From Treponemataceae bacterium (lineage in GTDB: Bacteria > Spirochaetota > Spirochaetia > Treponematales > Rectinemataceae): a stretch of 64,000 nucleotides of DNA. Location: positions 1,088,001 to 1,152,000 of the forward strand of contig CAXXVZ010000005.1 of NCBI GenBank assembly GCA_963678065.2, in the 5' to 3' direction. The position numbers and the translations under genes were made by a program. Position 1 is the first letter of the stretch; each line of letters begins with the position of its first letter. Positions 47,377 through 56,700 of this stretch are shown in pieces. The notes beneath the pieces were generated by a model. That model worked only from the letters and a program-made list of their open reading frames with translations, had not been told where the DNA came from and ran no database searches.

Positions 47377-47590
47377 GGGGAGCGCCGTCCCAAGCCGTGC
47401 TTGGGAGAGCGCTCCCCCAAATCCGCTTTCGCGGACTTCGCCAACCTACGCATTAGACGCTATCGGGTCTGCCTTCCCCTTCGGCTCAATACTCGAAATT
47501 CACAAGTATGGAGTCAAGCATGCGGATGGTTGTCTTCCCATAGCCAAGGGGCTGCGCGACTACTGTCGCGATGCCCCGCGGCAGCTCTTC
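47377..47590. repeat. Module-boundary structured repeat, copy C
   Basis: Homologous to copies A and B. Confidence 0.85.
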
Positions 47591-47662
47591 TCACCCCAGA
47601 TTCCCACGATTCCATAGCCACCGTGACGAAGGTACGGCATGCAGGAGCATATAAATAAAAAC

Positions 47663-48271
47663 TCAACCAGTCAGTGTTTTTTCAAAATTTACACCAGTTA
47701 TTTTTTTCTTCTGAATAGCCTTTTTTAGTTTTTCACTTACATAAAGGCCAGACGTAATCTTCCAAAGACTGTGATGTGCAGGCTTATGGAAAACACTGAA
47801 TTTTTCAACCTTATCTATAGAAAAGCACGGTTTCATAATCCGATCGGTACCTCGGACATACATTGTTTTTTGCACATCGATAACATCAAGCATTTTTGAG
47901 AATCGTAAAATAAAGTATATGCGCTGTTCTCCCCCACCATTTATTTTTGCTCTTATCCAATTAATTCCTTCATTACCAGATAAGTTTTCTTCAATGACAA
48001 CCTTTAGCCTCTCAGAAAATAAGGGCCAAGCCAAACTATTCGGTAAATAGTCGATCCATAGTTCTTTGATTTCTGAAAGGTCAGAGGACCTAATAAGCCC
48101 ATCTCCCTCTTTCGTCAATTTCACCAATGAAAACTCAAATGGCATTTCAGAAACACCATCGATCTCTGAAATCAACTCATGTGCCAACCGAGTTCCTTCT
48201 GGTGCAAACGCACTTGCTACTGGCGTGGAATCTGCACCACCAAATAGATAGTAATTCATCATTGCCACCAA
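47663..48271 (-). CDS. Putative immunity protein 1 (Imm11/DUF1629-like)
   Basis: Overlaps the rhs stop. DYL.N...PLFSERLK..I and LYVSEKLK..I...ITGV.F patterns; low GC. Confidence 0.7.
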   Translation of the reverse strand: MVAMMNYYLFGGADSTPVASAFAPEGTRLAHELISEIDGVSEMPFEFSLVKLTKEGDGLIRSSDLSEIKELWIDYLPNSLAWPLFSERLKVVIEENLSGNEGINWIRAKINGGGEQRIYFILRFSKMLDVIDVQKTMYVRGTDRIMKPCFSIDKVEKFSVFHKPAHHSLWKITSGLYVSEKLKKAIQKKKITGVNFEKTLTG

Positions 48272-51200
48272 GCTTTTCTTAACATCCCAGGGTTTTCTAT
48301 AACTGGAGTCTTTACATATTGGTTGAACAATTCAAGGAACTTTGCCTGACTAGTTCCGGCGCCAACCGCTGCATCTTGCATACCCTGTTGAACAAAATCA
48401 TGATAGGCATCTGGATGTCGGCCTAAATGAGGCATCAACTCTTTGTTCCATGCTTCATCCAGCTTCAGTCCAAATTTCTCTGCAATATCTTCCATTTGTT
48501 GGGTAAACTTAGAGTTTTTATTAGTTGCAAAGTGATGAAGTTGTTCTTCGTAAATTAAGCAATAATCATTCAATAAATTGGCAACATTATTTCCATATAG
48601 CAGTCTCAGTACAGAATCGCTAGCATTGTTCATCCCCTGCAGGAGAGAACCGACTGCTTTTGCTACATCTTCAATAACCTCCCTTCTTCCTTCTGCTCTT
48701 TCTGCTTTCTCAAATTCCTTGACCCTATTTTCAGAATCCCCACTCGAAGCACTCAATTTGCCATTATTATCAGATAAAATGTGCCCGCCATGGTGATCAT
48801 CATCTACTTCATGAGCTAGTCCCGAGGGATCTGTGAACGAGAGCGGATTGTTGCCACAGTAGACGAACCAGTTGCCCCCATCCCTGACCGGGTCCTCAGA
48901 GTAGAACCTCCCCGCCACACAATCATAGTACCGCGCATTGAAGTAGTACAGTCCCGTCGCGTCTCGCTCCTTCCCCGTGTACGACACATCCTGACTCCCG
49001 TCGTACCCGTTGTAGTTCGTCACCGTCGAGCCACCCCACACCGCATAGTCGATCTTCGCCTTCACCGTCCCCGCCGTGTCCGTGACTGCCCTCCGCGATC
49101 CCAGGTTGTCCTGCCACACGTACTCTAGCCGCTCCGTGTTCCCCACGTAGTCCTTCACGTACCGTCCGACTTCCATACCCCCAAGCCGCACGTTCACCTG
49201 CGCCGTCTTCCACGTGCTCCCCTCCATCCTCTCCTTCAGCAGTATCTCGTTCCCCTCGTACACGTACAGCGTCGTCGTCACCGCTCCCGTCGTCGACGTC
49301 TCATCTTTCCGATACCGCAGCCCGTCCGGGTAGTACCGATAGCTGTCCGTCTGCGTTCCACCTGCGTTCCTCGCCAGGTCTCCCATACCCTCCAGCCGCC
49401 CGTACACGTCCCACGTAAGGCTCGCGTACCGGTTCTGCACACCCGTCACCCACCCCCGACTCGCGTCGTCCGTCACGGCTTGCGAACTCGGATGCGTGAT
49501 GTTCCGTAGGAGCATGCTGTTCACTCCCGACACCGGCGCATAGCCATAGCTCGCCGGATCTGTCCCCGTCGACTGTGTCAGGTTCCCGATCGCGTCGTAG
49601 CCGTAGCTTGTTCCCCCTCCCGTCGACAGGCGGTTCATCCCGTCGTACCCGTAGCTCACCCCGTCCCGCCCCGTCACGTTCCCCATCCGATCGTACGTGT
49701 AGCTCCCGTCGCACAGGCTCCCCGGATTGTCCACCGAACTCATTCGCAGCCACGTGTCGTACCCGTACACCGCCGTTCCCCCCGACGTCCCGTACGATAC
49801 CGCCGTCCGTCCTCCCCAGAACGACAGTCCTGTCCGCCCTAGCAGGTTCGACGAACTGTCCGACACCGACAGCGTGTTCGTGTTCCCGCCATACCCTGTT
49901 CCGCCGAAGTACGGTGTCGCATAGTTCACGGCCTTCGCGTACCCACCAAACCCCGTCACCGTCACACTCGCCGGATTGTTCGCCAGGTCGTAGGTCCTCA
50001 CTACCGTCGCCGTCTTCGACCCCGCCTGAGTCGGGACGGTCCGACTCTCTTTGGCCGGTATCCCGTTCACCCCGTATTCCCACGCCACCGTCTGGCTCGG
50101 CGTCGATTCACCCCCTCGCTGCTCAGCCACCGTGGCCGGACCATACTGGCAGTACGCGCTTGTCACTACGAGCGTCGCGGGCTGCGGGCTCCTCGTCGAC
50201 GCTGTCGTCCTCGTCCGCTCCATCCCCGCCTTATTGTACGTGTAACTCACTGTGTCGCCGTTCAGCTCCGTCGCGACACGCACCCGTCCGTCCGGGTAGT
50301 ACGTGTTCGACTTACTCCCCCGCCCCATAGGGTAGCTTTCCGTCTGCAGCCGTCCCGCACGCGTGTACACGTACGTGTACGCTTCCCCGTTCGGCATCGT
50401 CTTCGACGTCACCTGTCCCGTAAAATTATAAGCGTACGACGTCGTCCGGCTGTTCCCTCCCCCGTTCGTCCCGTCCCACTGGATCTCCGAGCTTGTCCGT
50501 CCCAGCCAGTCTTTCTGCGTCCTCGTCCTCGTGTACGTCGACCCATCCCGGTACCTGTCCACCGTCACCGTGTTCTGGCTGTCGTCGTAGGCCGTCGCCA
50601 CCATCGTCACCTGTGAGCCGGAGCTCGGCCCCGACTGCACCTGCACAGGCCGCCCCAGCACATCGTAGCTGTAGCTCGTCACAAGTTGCGTCGAAAGACC
50701 TGCGTCCAGATACACCGTCTCGCTCTTCACGAGCGATGGCATCGCCATATCCCACGTCTTCACCACCTTCCCGATCGCCACCTCTCCTGACCCCGTGTAT
50801 GTCGCGTCCCTGCTCGCCGTATCCGGCTTGTACGGTATCTCCTGCAGAAGCCGTCCGTAGAAATCGTACCGCGATTCGGTGCGGAATCCTTTCCCGTCCG
50901 TCGCCGTCGACCACAGTCCATTCGTGTCCTGCCCATACTCGTACCGCCCGAGTGTCGTCTCTGTCCCGCTCACCACCCGTGACTTCTTCGTCACTCGTCC
51001 CAGTCCATCACACTCGAGCTTACTCGTCGCTGCGGGATACTTCGTCCCGTCGATTGCGGTCCCCTGTGAATCCGTGACGACCGTCCCTTCCTGCAGCCGT
51101 CGTCCCGCAAGGTCATAATCATACGTGGTGACGACACGATCATTCGTTCCGATGTTCGCCCCCAGCTCCTTCGTCTGTGTCGTCACGAACGAGCTCTTCC

Positions 51201-53805
51201 ACCCGCTCCCGTAGCTGAACGAGGTCGTCGTCGTACTTGAGTCCCCCCAGGGCTCCGTCACGCTCGCAAGCGTATTCGTCGAGCTGTTCCACGCACTCGT
51301 CACCGTCTTGGTGTTGGCCGTCCCGTTCGCATAGTATTCAAGATCTTTCGTCTCGAGCAGCTTCAGGTCTGATTGGTATTTCCGGTATGTCTTGAAGCAC
51401 GATCCTGAAGCCTGCTCGACCGCCTCTCCCGCTATGATCCCGAAGCCTTTCACCAGGTTGTCCGTGAAGTTGTTCGTCGATGTGTACGGATTGTCCCAGA
51501 AGGTGGTGTCAGACGTAAGCGTATTGAGGTAGGCCGTGTATGTACTTCCCGCAAGGCTGTTCTGCGTCCGCGTCCGCCGCCCATCGCTGTCGTACGAATG
51601 CGTCAGCGTGTACCGCGATGTACCGGAATCCCCGATGTAGACATATTCGTACTGCGTGCGATAGCTCCCAAGTAACGAGGAAGTCGGGGTGAATGAGCGC
51701 CCTGTTTTCGTATAGAAGTCACTTGAGTTCTTGTACGTGATATCCGTTCCCACGCCAAGGTATTCTCTGTCAGGCGCACTACCAGCATGGGAAAACTGTA
51801 CTTCGCGCTTTGTTATCGCCGTCTCACTACCACTAACCCGGTACGTCGCAATCGTCGTCTTCGACGGAAAGATATCCCACGCCGTTGGGCATCCTGTCGT
51901 CGAACGCTGATAATCCGAAGATGTGAACGCAGATTGTCCATACGTCGATTCATAGCTGTAATAGTCTTTCGCGTACTCCGTCGATCCGGACTGTTCCTTG
52001 CGGATGACGTTCGTCACCTTCGGTTTGTTTTCATAGTATCGATCCCAAAATTCATTTCTATCTCCTGGCGGATCGACGTCATTGGAATGATAGTACGTAT
52101 TATACCCATTCGGATGGAACGAAATCCCGAACGTATATTTCGAGTACCCTTTCCCCGGCGATTGCACTTCGATGTAGTCCCCTGTCACTCCCGAACTCAG
52201 CGAGTACCCGTAGGTCGTCGAACGCAACACCGTGCTGTACGTCGACTCGTTCGACAGGCTCGGCGTGAACGAGGTGATGGTCTGCGTGATCGGCACCGTT
52301 CCCAGTTCATCGATCGCAATGATCCGCCCCGACGAGTCGAGTGTCTTCCGCTGCAGAAACAGATCCCCCGGATTCAGCGTCGTCCCGTTCGTGGTCGACG
52401 ACAGGATGTACACGATCTTTGTCTGACCATTCGATCCCGCGTAGCTGTAAATCTTCACCGCACGTCCGTCCGTGTGGTCCATCAGCGTCAAGGTCGTCCC
52501 CGAGTAGCTGAACGTGACGCCGTTCACCAGGGACGGATCCCAGATCTTCGACACATACCCCGATCCCGTGAACTCTGCCTCTCGTCCGTCCGGATAGAAG
52601 AGCCGCGCAGACGTCGCCTTGTAGTTGTACCAATACGTCGTAATGGGATCATCGTCTCGCGGTTGGTATGTACTCCATGAAACCAATTCATATATGGTAA
52701 AGCGACCTGTGTACCCTACTTCCGGAATCCGTACCGTCAGGGTTGTACCGGATTTCCGTATGATGTACCGATCGGTTTGAATATCGGTATCCGATGCCCA
52801 GCTTCTCCAGCCATTCATCACATTTGACAAGTCAAAGACTGTCCCGTTGGGGATCATCAATTTCAACGTATCGTAGCTGCCATAGGTACAGAATGGTAAA
52901 TCGTAGCTCCACCCTTTCGCGTACTCATACGGGCTGTTGTTTTTGGGGCTGACACAGGTGATACCCGACGAATTTATACCACTCGTTAACGTTTGGACAT
53001 ACAATGAATATACGTAGTCCGAATTAAAACTCGACTCGAGACCGAATCCGATCCCCCGTGCGGGAATGTCCACCTCGGTGCTGTCCATGAGGAGCGTCCC
53101 GAAGTACGGGTCCACCCGCTCACTCCTCGATCCTCCCAAGCCCACGAGCGTTCCCGCTTCATTGACTCTGCTGAATGATAATCCAGTCTGATAATAGCTG
53201 AAGTGCTCGATGGATGCCGTAATGGTGTGCGTAACCATGTCCTGGCTCAGCTTCGGCACAACCTCCCACCGCTTCACGCTTTCATTGTACCAGAACACCT
53301 GGATCTGGCTCTCCGGCATCCCCTCTGGACAGGTGTACGGCAGCGTCAGCCTCGCAGGCTTCGTGAACCGCAGCTTCTCAGGCCCAAACTCCCACACCGG
53401 ACCCGTGATCCCCATCCCGTCGATCTGTCCGTTCCGCCCTGCCGCCGGTCCTCCTACCTGCCTCACCGTCATCGCCAGTCCCCGGTTCCCCAGTCCCTGC
53501 CCCGTCTTCGCAAACGTACTCGCCGCCACACGCCCGCCCGACTTCCCCGACTGCCTGACCGTCGCCACCGACAGGTCCACCGCCTCTGAATCGAACTCGA
53601 TCTGTCCCGCCCCCGTGCCGAAGCTGAACGTGTGCCGTCCCTTCACGAGCGGCGTGTACGAGTCCGTCCCGTCCGTTCCCCGTTCGATCCGGTACGCGCC
53701 TCCGGCAGTCGCCGCTTCCGGCGCCCGTGTCTGTGCCCATGCGCCCATGGCAGCGCAGGCGAACACGATGCAGGCTCTCAGCTTCTTCCTCGCGGGCTTG
53801 TTCAT
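48259..53805 (-). CDS. rhs: Rhs/YD-repeat polymorphic toxin with signal peptide, ZU5-like domain and AHH nuclease tip
   Basis: YD repeats; core YTGKERDATGLYYFNARYYD...GRF.SEDP...Y..NNPLSFTDPSGL; tip HHFAT..N....H.GRHP..YH. Confidence 0.92.
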   Translation of the reverse strand: MNKPARKKLRACIVFACAAMGAWAQTRAPEAATAGGAYRIERGTDGTDSYTPLVKGRHTFSFGTGAGQIEFDSEAVDLSVATVRQSGKSGGRVAASTFAKTGQGLGNRGLAMTVRQVGGPAAGRNGQIDGMGITGPVWEFGPEKLRFTKPARLTLPYTCPEGMPESQIQVFWYNESVKRWEVVPKLSQDMVTHTITASIEHFSYYQTGLSFSRVNEAGTLVGLGGSRSERVDPYFGTLLMDSTEVDIPARGIGFGLESSFNSDYVYSLYVQTLTSGINSSGITCVSPKNNSPYEYAKGWSYDLPFCTYGSYDTLKLMIPNGTVFDLSNVMNGWRSWASDTDIQTDRYIIRKSGTTLTVRIPEVGYTGRFTIYELVSWSTYQPRDDDPITTYWYNYKATSARLFYPDGREAEFTGSGYVSKIWDPSLVNGVTFSYSGTTLTLMDHTDGRAVKIYSYAGSNGQTKIVYILSSTTNGTTLNPGDLFLQRKTLDSSGRIIAIDELGTVPITQTITSFTPSLSNESTYSTVLRSTTYGYSLSSGVTGDYIEVQSPGKGYSKYTFGISFHPNGYNTYYHSNDVDPPGDRNEFWDRYYENKPKVTNVIRKEQSGSTEYAKDYYSYESTYGQSAFTSSDYQRSTTGCPTAWDIFPSKTTIATYRVSGSETAITKREVQFSHAGSAPDREYLGVGTDITYKNSSDFYTKTGRSFTPTSSLLGSYRTQYEYVYIGDSGTSRYTLTHSYDSDGRRTRTQNSLAGSTYTAYLNTLTSDTTFWDNPYTSTNNFTDNLVKGFGIIAGEAVEQASGSCFKTYRKYQSDLKLLETKDLEYYANGTANTKTVTSAWNSSTNTLASVTEPWGDSSTTTTSFSYGSGWKSSFVTTQTKELGANIGTNDRVVTTYDYDLAGRRLQEGTVVTDSQGTAIDGTKYPAATSKLECDGLGRVTKKSRVVSGTETTLGRYEYGQDTNGLWSTATDGKGFRTESRYDFYGRLLQEIPYKPDTASRDATYTGSGEVAIGKVVKTWDMAMPSLVKSETVYLDAGLSTQLVTSYSYDVLGRPVQVQSGPSSGSQVTMVATAYDDSQNTVTVDRYRDGSTYTRTRTQKDWLGRTSSEIQWDGTNGGGNSRTTSYAYNFTGQVTSKTMPNGEAYTYVYTRAGRLQTESYPMGRGSKSNTYYPDGRVRVATELNGDTVSYTYNKAGMERTRTTASTRSPQPATLVVTSAYCQYGPATVAEQRGGESTPSQTVAWEYGVNGIPAKESRTVPTQAGSKTATVVRTYDLANNPASVTVTGFGGYAKAVNYATPYFGGTGYGGNTNTLSVSDSSSNLLGRTGLSFWGGRTAVSYGTSGGTAVYGYDTWLRMSSVDNPGSLCDGSYTYDRMGNVTGRDGVSYGYDGMNRLSTGGGTSYGYDAIGNLTQSTGTDPASYGYAPVSGVNSMLLRNITHPSSQAVTDDASRGWVTGVQNRYASLTWDVYGRLEGMGDLARNAGGTQTDSYRYYPDGLRYRKDETSTTGAVTTTLYVYEGNEILLKERMEGSTWKTAQVNVRLGGMEVGRYVKDYVGNTERLEYVWQDNLGSRRAVTDTAGTVKAKIDYAVWGGSTVTNYNGYDGSQDVSYTGKERDATGLYYFNARYYDCVAGRFYSEDPVRDGGNWFVYCGNNPLSFTDPSGLAHEVDDDHHGGHILSDNNGKLSASSGDSENRVKEFEKAERAEGRREVIEDVAKAVGSLLQGMNNASDSVLRLLYGNNVANLLNDYCLIYEEQLHHFATNKNSKFTQQMEDIAEKFGLKLDEAWNKELMPHLGRHPDAYHDFVQQGMQDAAVGAGTSQAKFLELFNQYVKTPVIENPGMLRKAWWQ

Positions 53806-53863
53806 ACCTTCTCTCCTTAGAGACTCTCTCGATGGGGGTGCTTGATTAGAATAATTATTATTG

Positions 53864-53891
53864 AGTATAAACCAACTTACTGGGCAGTCAA
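53864..53891 (-). promoter_or_regulatory. Putative rhs promoter
   Basis: Minus strand TTGACT-16 nt-TATACT. AAGGAG-type RBS region before the ATG. Confidence 0.55.
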
Positions 53892-53892
53892 G

Positions 53893-54594
53893 TCAGTTTT
53901 GTGTATCATCATTCGATTTTGTCAACACAAGCTCAATATCTGCACAGCGACGTTCGATATCCGGGTCATAGCGCAGTGACAAGTAGGCCTTGAGATGTGT
54001 GAACGCGTCCTGTGGTTTCTGGAGCTGGTACTGGTAGAGATCGGCCAGGAAGAGATGCACGTAGGGCTCGTTGTACCCACCGGAGAGCAGGGCCTGCAGT
54101 ATGGTGACAGCCCGTGCCGTGTCACCCATACGGAATGTCAGAACAGCGTCGAGATACCGTGCCGAGGGATCGTCAGGGATCAGGCGGAGCGCCCGGTCGA
54201 TGCAGGAGCGGGCGGACGACCAGTGGCGTTGCCCCAGTTCTGCCTCGGCCTCTGCGAGCACCTGTTCCGCCGAGATCATCTTCACATACAGGACAAACGT
54301 CGCATCCGAATAGTTCAGGGAGATATGAACATCTTCATGGTTGGTCTTATGGAACACCAGTTCATAGGTCCCGAATTCGAACTCCGGGATGGCGAATCGG
54401 CCATTGATATCCGTGCGCACCCGGATGGTTCCCGCGATGGAGATCTCCACATCGGCAACCGGTCGGTTGTCATGATCATAGACCATACCCAGCAAGGTCG
54501 GTGCCGATGGCGTGGACTCCATTTTCTGTTGTGTTGCGCACGATGCAAACGCGAGGACAACACCTATCCACAAAACTGCTTTCATATGATGCAT
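53893..54594 (-). CDS. Lipoprotein with carboxypeptidase-regulatory-like and TPR domains
   Basis: Lipobox FASC, GMVYD..RPV..V.I..TDINGRF, helical TPR-like C-terminus. Confidence 0.7.
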   Translation of the reverse strand: MHHMKAVLWIGVVLAFASCATQQKMESTPSAPTLLGMVYDHDNRPVADVEISIAGTIRVRTDINGRFAIPEFEFGTYELVFHKTNHEDVHISLNYSDATFVLYVKMISAEQVLAEAEAELGQRHWSSARSCIDRALRLIPDDPSARYLDAVLTFRMGDTARAVTILQALLSGGYNEPYVHLFLADLYQYQLQKPQDAFTHLKAYLSLRYDPDIERRCADIELVLTKSNDDTQN

Positions 54595-54598
54595 GTAA

Positions 54599-55087
54599 TC
54601 ACCTCTTCAATACTCGTGTCCGCGTGCCCTGGATCTCGAGGATGCAGGAACCGTTGTCTGAACTCGTCAACCGAACGTCTCCTTCCGGGACTCCATCCGT
54701 TCGAGCTTTCAGTACGCCGCCAGTCCGTTCGTCCTTGAAAAAGAGTCGAGCTACCCCATCTGAATCTTCGACCGTCCCGACATACCGTAGCCACGGTGCG
54801 TCGATCACGGGCTGTGGCGCCACGGTGGTAGGCGGTTTCGTCAGGGGGGCACGAAGTTTGGGGGGATCCAGTTGTTTCGCAAATGCGTGCACAAGCATAC
54901 GAGGATCGGGCAGCGGTGGGGAGAGTGGGATAGTCGATACTGTTTCCGGTTGTGCCGTGGTTGTAGCCGCTCCTGCCTGTCGGCTCTGTGCGCGCGCCAT
55001 GTCGCGTATCCGCTCGGGCGCGAATATGAAGGCAAGGATGGAGAGCAGCAAGGCAAGGCTTCCTGCAATGATGCTATTTCGTTTCAT
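54599..55087 (-). CDS. T2SS-associated membrane protein (GspC/PilP-like)
   Basis: N-terminal TM, Pro-rich linker, LRYVGTV beta domain; lies within the operon. Confidence 0.45.
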   Translation of the reverse strand: MKRNSIIAGSLALLLSILAFIFAPERIRDMARAQSRQAGAATTTAQPETVSTIPLSPPLPDPRMLVHAFAKQLDPPKLRAPLTKPPTTVAPQPVIDAPWLRYVGTVEDSDGVARLFFKDERTGGVLKARTDGVPEGDVRLTSSDNGSCILEIQGTRTRVLKR

Positions 55088-55583
55088 ACTTCATCCCGAT
55101 GACAGCATCAAGTGTACCACTCGTCGAAGCGACCAGTCGGACCGACTGTATGGAAAGACCATCCGGACGGTTCGAAAGATCAGAAAGGAATCCTAAGACC
55201 GCCACAGCGGGACCGGTAGCCTCACACTCGAGAAGTGGCTCTCCTTTATTCGTTACCGTCCGGAACCCGCGGAGGGCCATGCCCCGCTCGGCAGAAAGGG
55301 TCCGAACACGAAGCCCGATATCCGAAAAACGTAGGTCGGATTTTTCCGAGTGCACGGTCGGTGTGGAAGGGAGCAGTGCCGTCAATGCGGCAATCCGCTC
55401 CTGTATCCTGCGCATATCGTCGTCACGAGGTATCTGAAACGCCGCCATCATTCGGCTATAGCGCGCGATGGATGTTTCGATGTCAAAAACTCGTTCACCC
55501 GCGCGGACCAGCAGGATGGCTGCCAGCGTCATTCCAAGGATACGCACAGCGAGCAGGCCGATTCGTTTCTCATGTTCCTGCAT
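55074..55583 (-). CDS. T2SS GspM/PilO-like protein
   Basis: TM, coiled coil and ferredoxin-like end; follows the GspL-like gene. Confidence 0.5.
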   Translation of the reverse strand: MQEHEKRIGLLAVRILGMTLAAILLVRAGERVFDIETSIARYSRMMAAFQIPRDDDMRRIQERIAALTALLPSTPTVHSEKSDLRFSDIGLRVRTLSAERGMALRGFRTVTNKGEPLLECEATGPAVAVLGFLSDLSNRPDGLSIQSVRLVASTSGTLDAVIGMKYETK

Positions 55584-56700
55584 GGGTGTATCTCCCGGAA
55601 ATCACGAATCGTTCCGATCGCGCGTCAAGCCGTGCGGATGAATGCAGGACCAGGTGCGAAAACTGTTTGGAACTCTCCAATGCTGCGAGAACCGAGAGTG
55701 AATCGATGCCTTCGGCCTCGAACCGGAACTCCGAACCGGTTACCTCCAGCGTGGTCATGCGGCAGTTCTCTCCAAAGGCCGGCGCAATCGCCGCGATGAG
55801 TTCATACGGAGATGGTTCAGCCGTTTTCCGCGTCTGCGCATAGCGGGATTCCAGTTCCTGCAATGCCGTGCGAGCGTGTTTCGCTCGATCCTGCGCCTGA
55901 CGAGCAAGTTCATACTGGCGTTTGCGTGCGTCGCGATCCTGCTGCCGTAACGCGCCATACCGCAGTACAGCCCCGATACACAAAGCGGCGCATACCCAGG
56001 GAATGGCCGCGACCATGATTCGCACGGCGGTTCGTGTCCGCGAAGGGGGTATCTGAAACACTGCCATGGCATTCGCGTCCCACGGTCGCATTCGGTCGGC
56101 AAGCAGGGAGACGGTGCAGGGGATGCGCGCCGACGCGACCAGATCCCGCATTCCGGACACTTCGGCGCGCATGTCATCGGCAAGGACTATCTGTATCGTC
56201 TCACATCCCTCGGACAGGTCCTCAAGCGCCTGTACCCCCCTCTTCCGATCCGGTTCTACAGGATAGGCGTGCAATGAGACGACACGTCCTGCTTCGAACA
56301 CGGCACCTTCGAACGAACGGAGTGACCAGAGCGCACAGAGGGTCCTTTTTCTGGTGGGACACACGCGAGCGAGGATCGAAGCCGACACGAGAAGGGGACG
56401 GTCCCCCGCCAGAGCCCGACAGGCATCGAGCTGCTCGCGTTTCATGACGACGACAGCCCGGCGCCGTTTGTCAAAACCCGGGAGCGAAGCATACACGGTA
56501 TCCTCGGGATCTCCGGGATAGAGCGCCCGCAGGCGATACTGCATCGTCAGGGCGAGCTCGTCGTCCCGTAAGGGAGGAAGATCCAGCAGCATGAGCTCGT
56601 ACTCGGATCCGGACAGCATGACGGCGTCACCGGATACCCTGCCCGGAGAGATAGCCAGGGGAGTCACCATGCCGCGTTCGTAGCACGAAAGTGTGTTCAC
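55570..56700 (-). CDS. T2SS GspL/PilN-like protein
   Basis: Cytoplasmic domain, TM, coiled coil, C-terminal 'LESSKQFS.L...ERFVISG'. Confidence 0.55.
   Translation of the reverse strand: MNTLSCYERGMVTPLAISPGRVSGDAVMLSGSEYELMLLDLPPLRDDELALTMQYRLRALYPGDPEDTVYASLPGFDKRRRAVVVMKREQLDACRALAGDRPLLVSASILARVCPTRKRTLCALWSLRSFEGAVFEAGRVVSLHAYPVEPDRKRGVQALEDLSEGCETIQIVLADDMRAEVSGMRDLVASARIPCTVSLLADRMRPWDANAMAVFQIPPSRTRTAVRIMVAAIPWVCAALCIGAVLRYGALRQQDRDARKRQYELARQAQDRAKHARTALQELESRYAQTRKTAEPSPYELIAAIAPAFGENCRMTTLEVTGSEFRFEAEGIDSLSVLAALESSKQFSHLVLHSSARLDARSERFVISGRYTHAGT

Larger units (their letters stand above)
42331..48836 (-). mobile_element. Rhs-targeting tyrosine-recombinase element, unit 1 (carries AHH tip; machinery intact)
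   Basis: Runs from the DPSGL codons of rhs to the DPTGL codons of tip 2 (6506 bp between the GGATC cores). Confidence 0.7.

Noticed and set aside
30383..47590. CRISPR array or diversity-generating retroelement
   Set aside because: Repeats are long and kilobases apart; no cas genes or reverse transcriptase.
33570..47590. Duplication as an assembly artefact
   Set aside because: The copies differ by clustered substitutions, an IS with target duplication, and distinct cargo.
47593..47662. attC after Imm1 (and after Imm4)
   Set aside because: No RYYYAAC...GTTRRRY pair with internal symmetry found.
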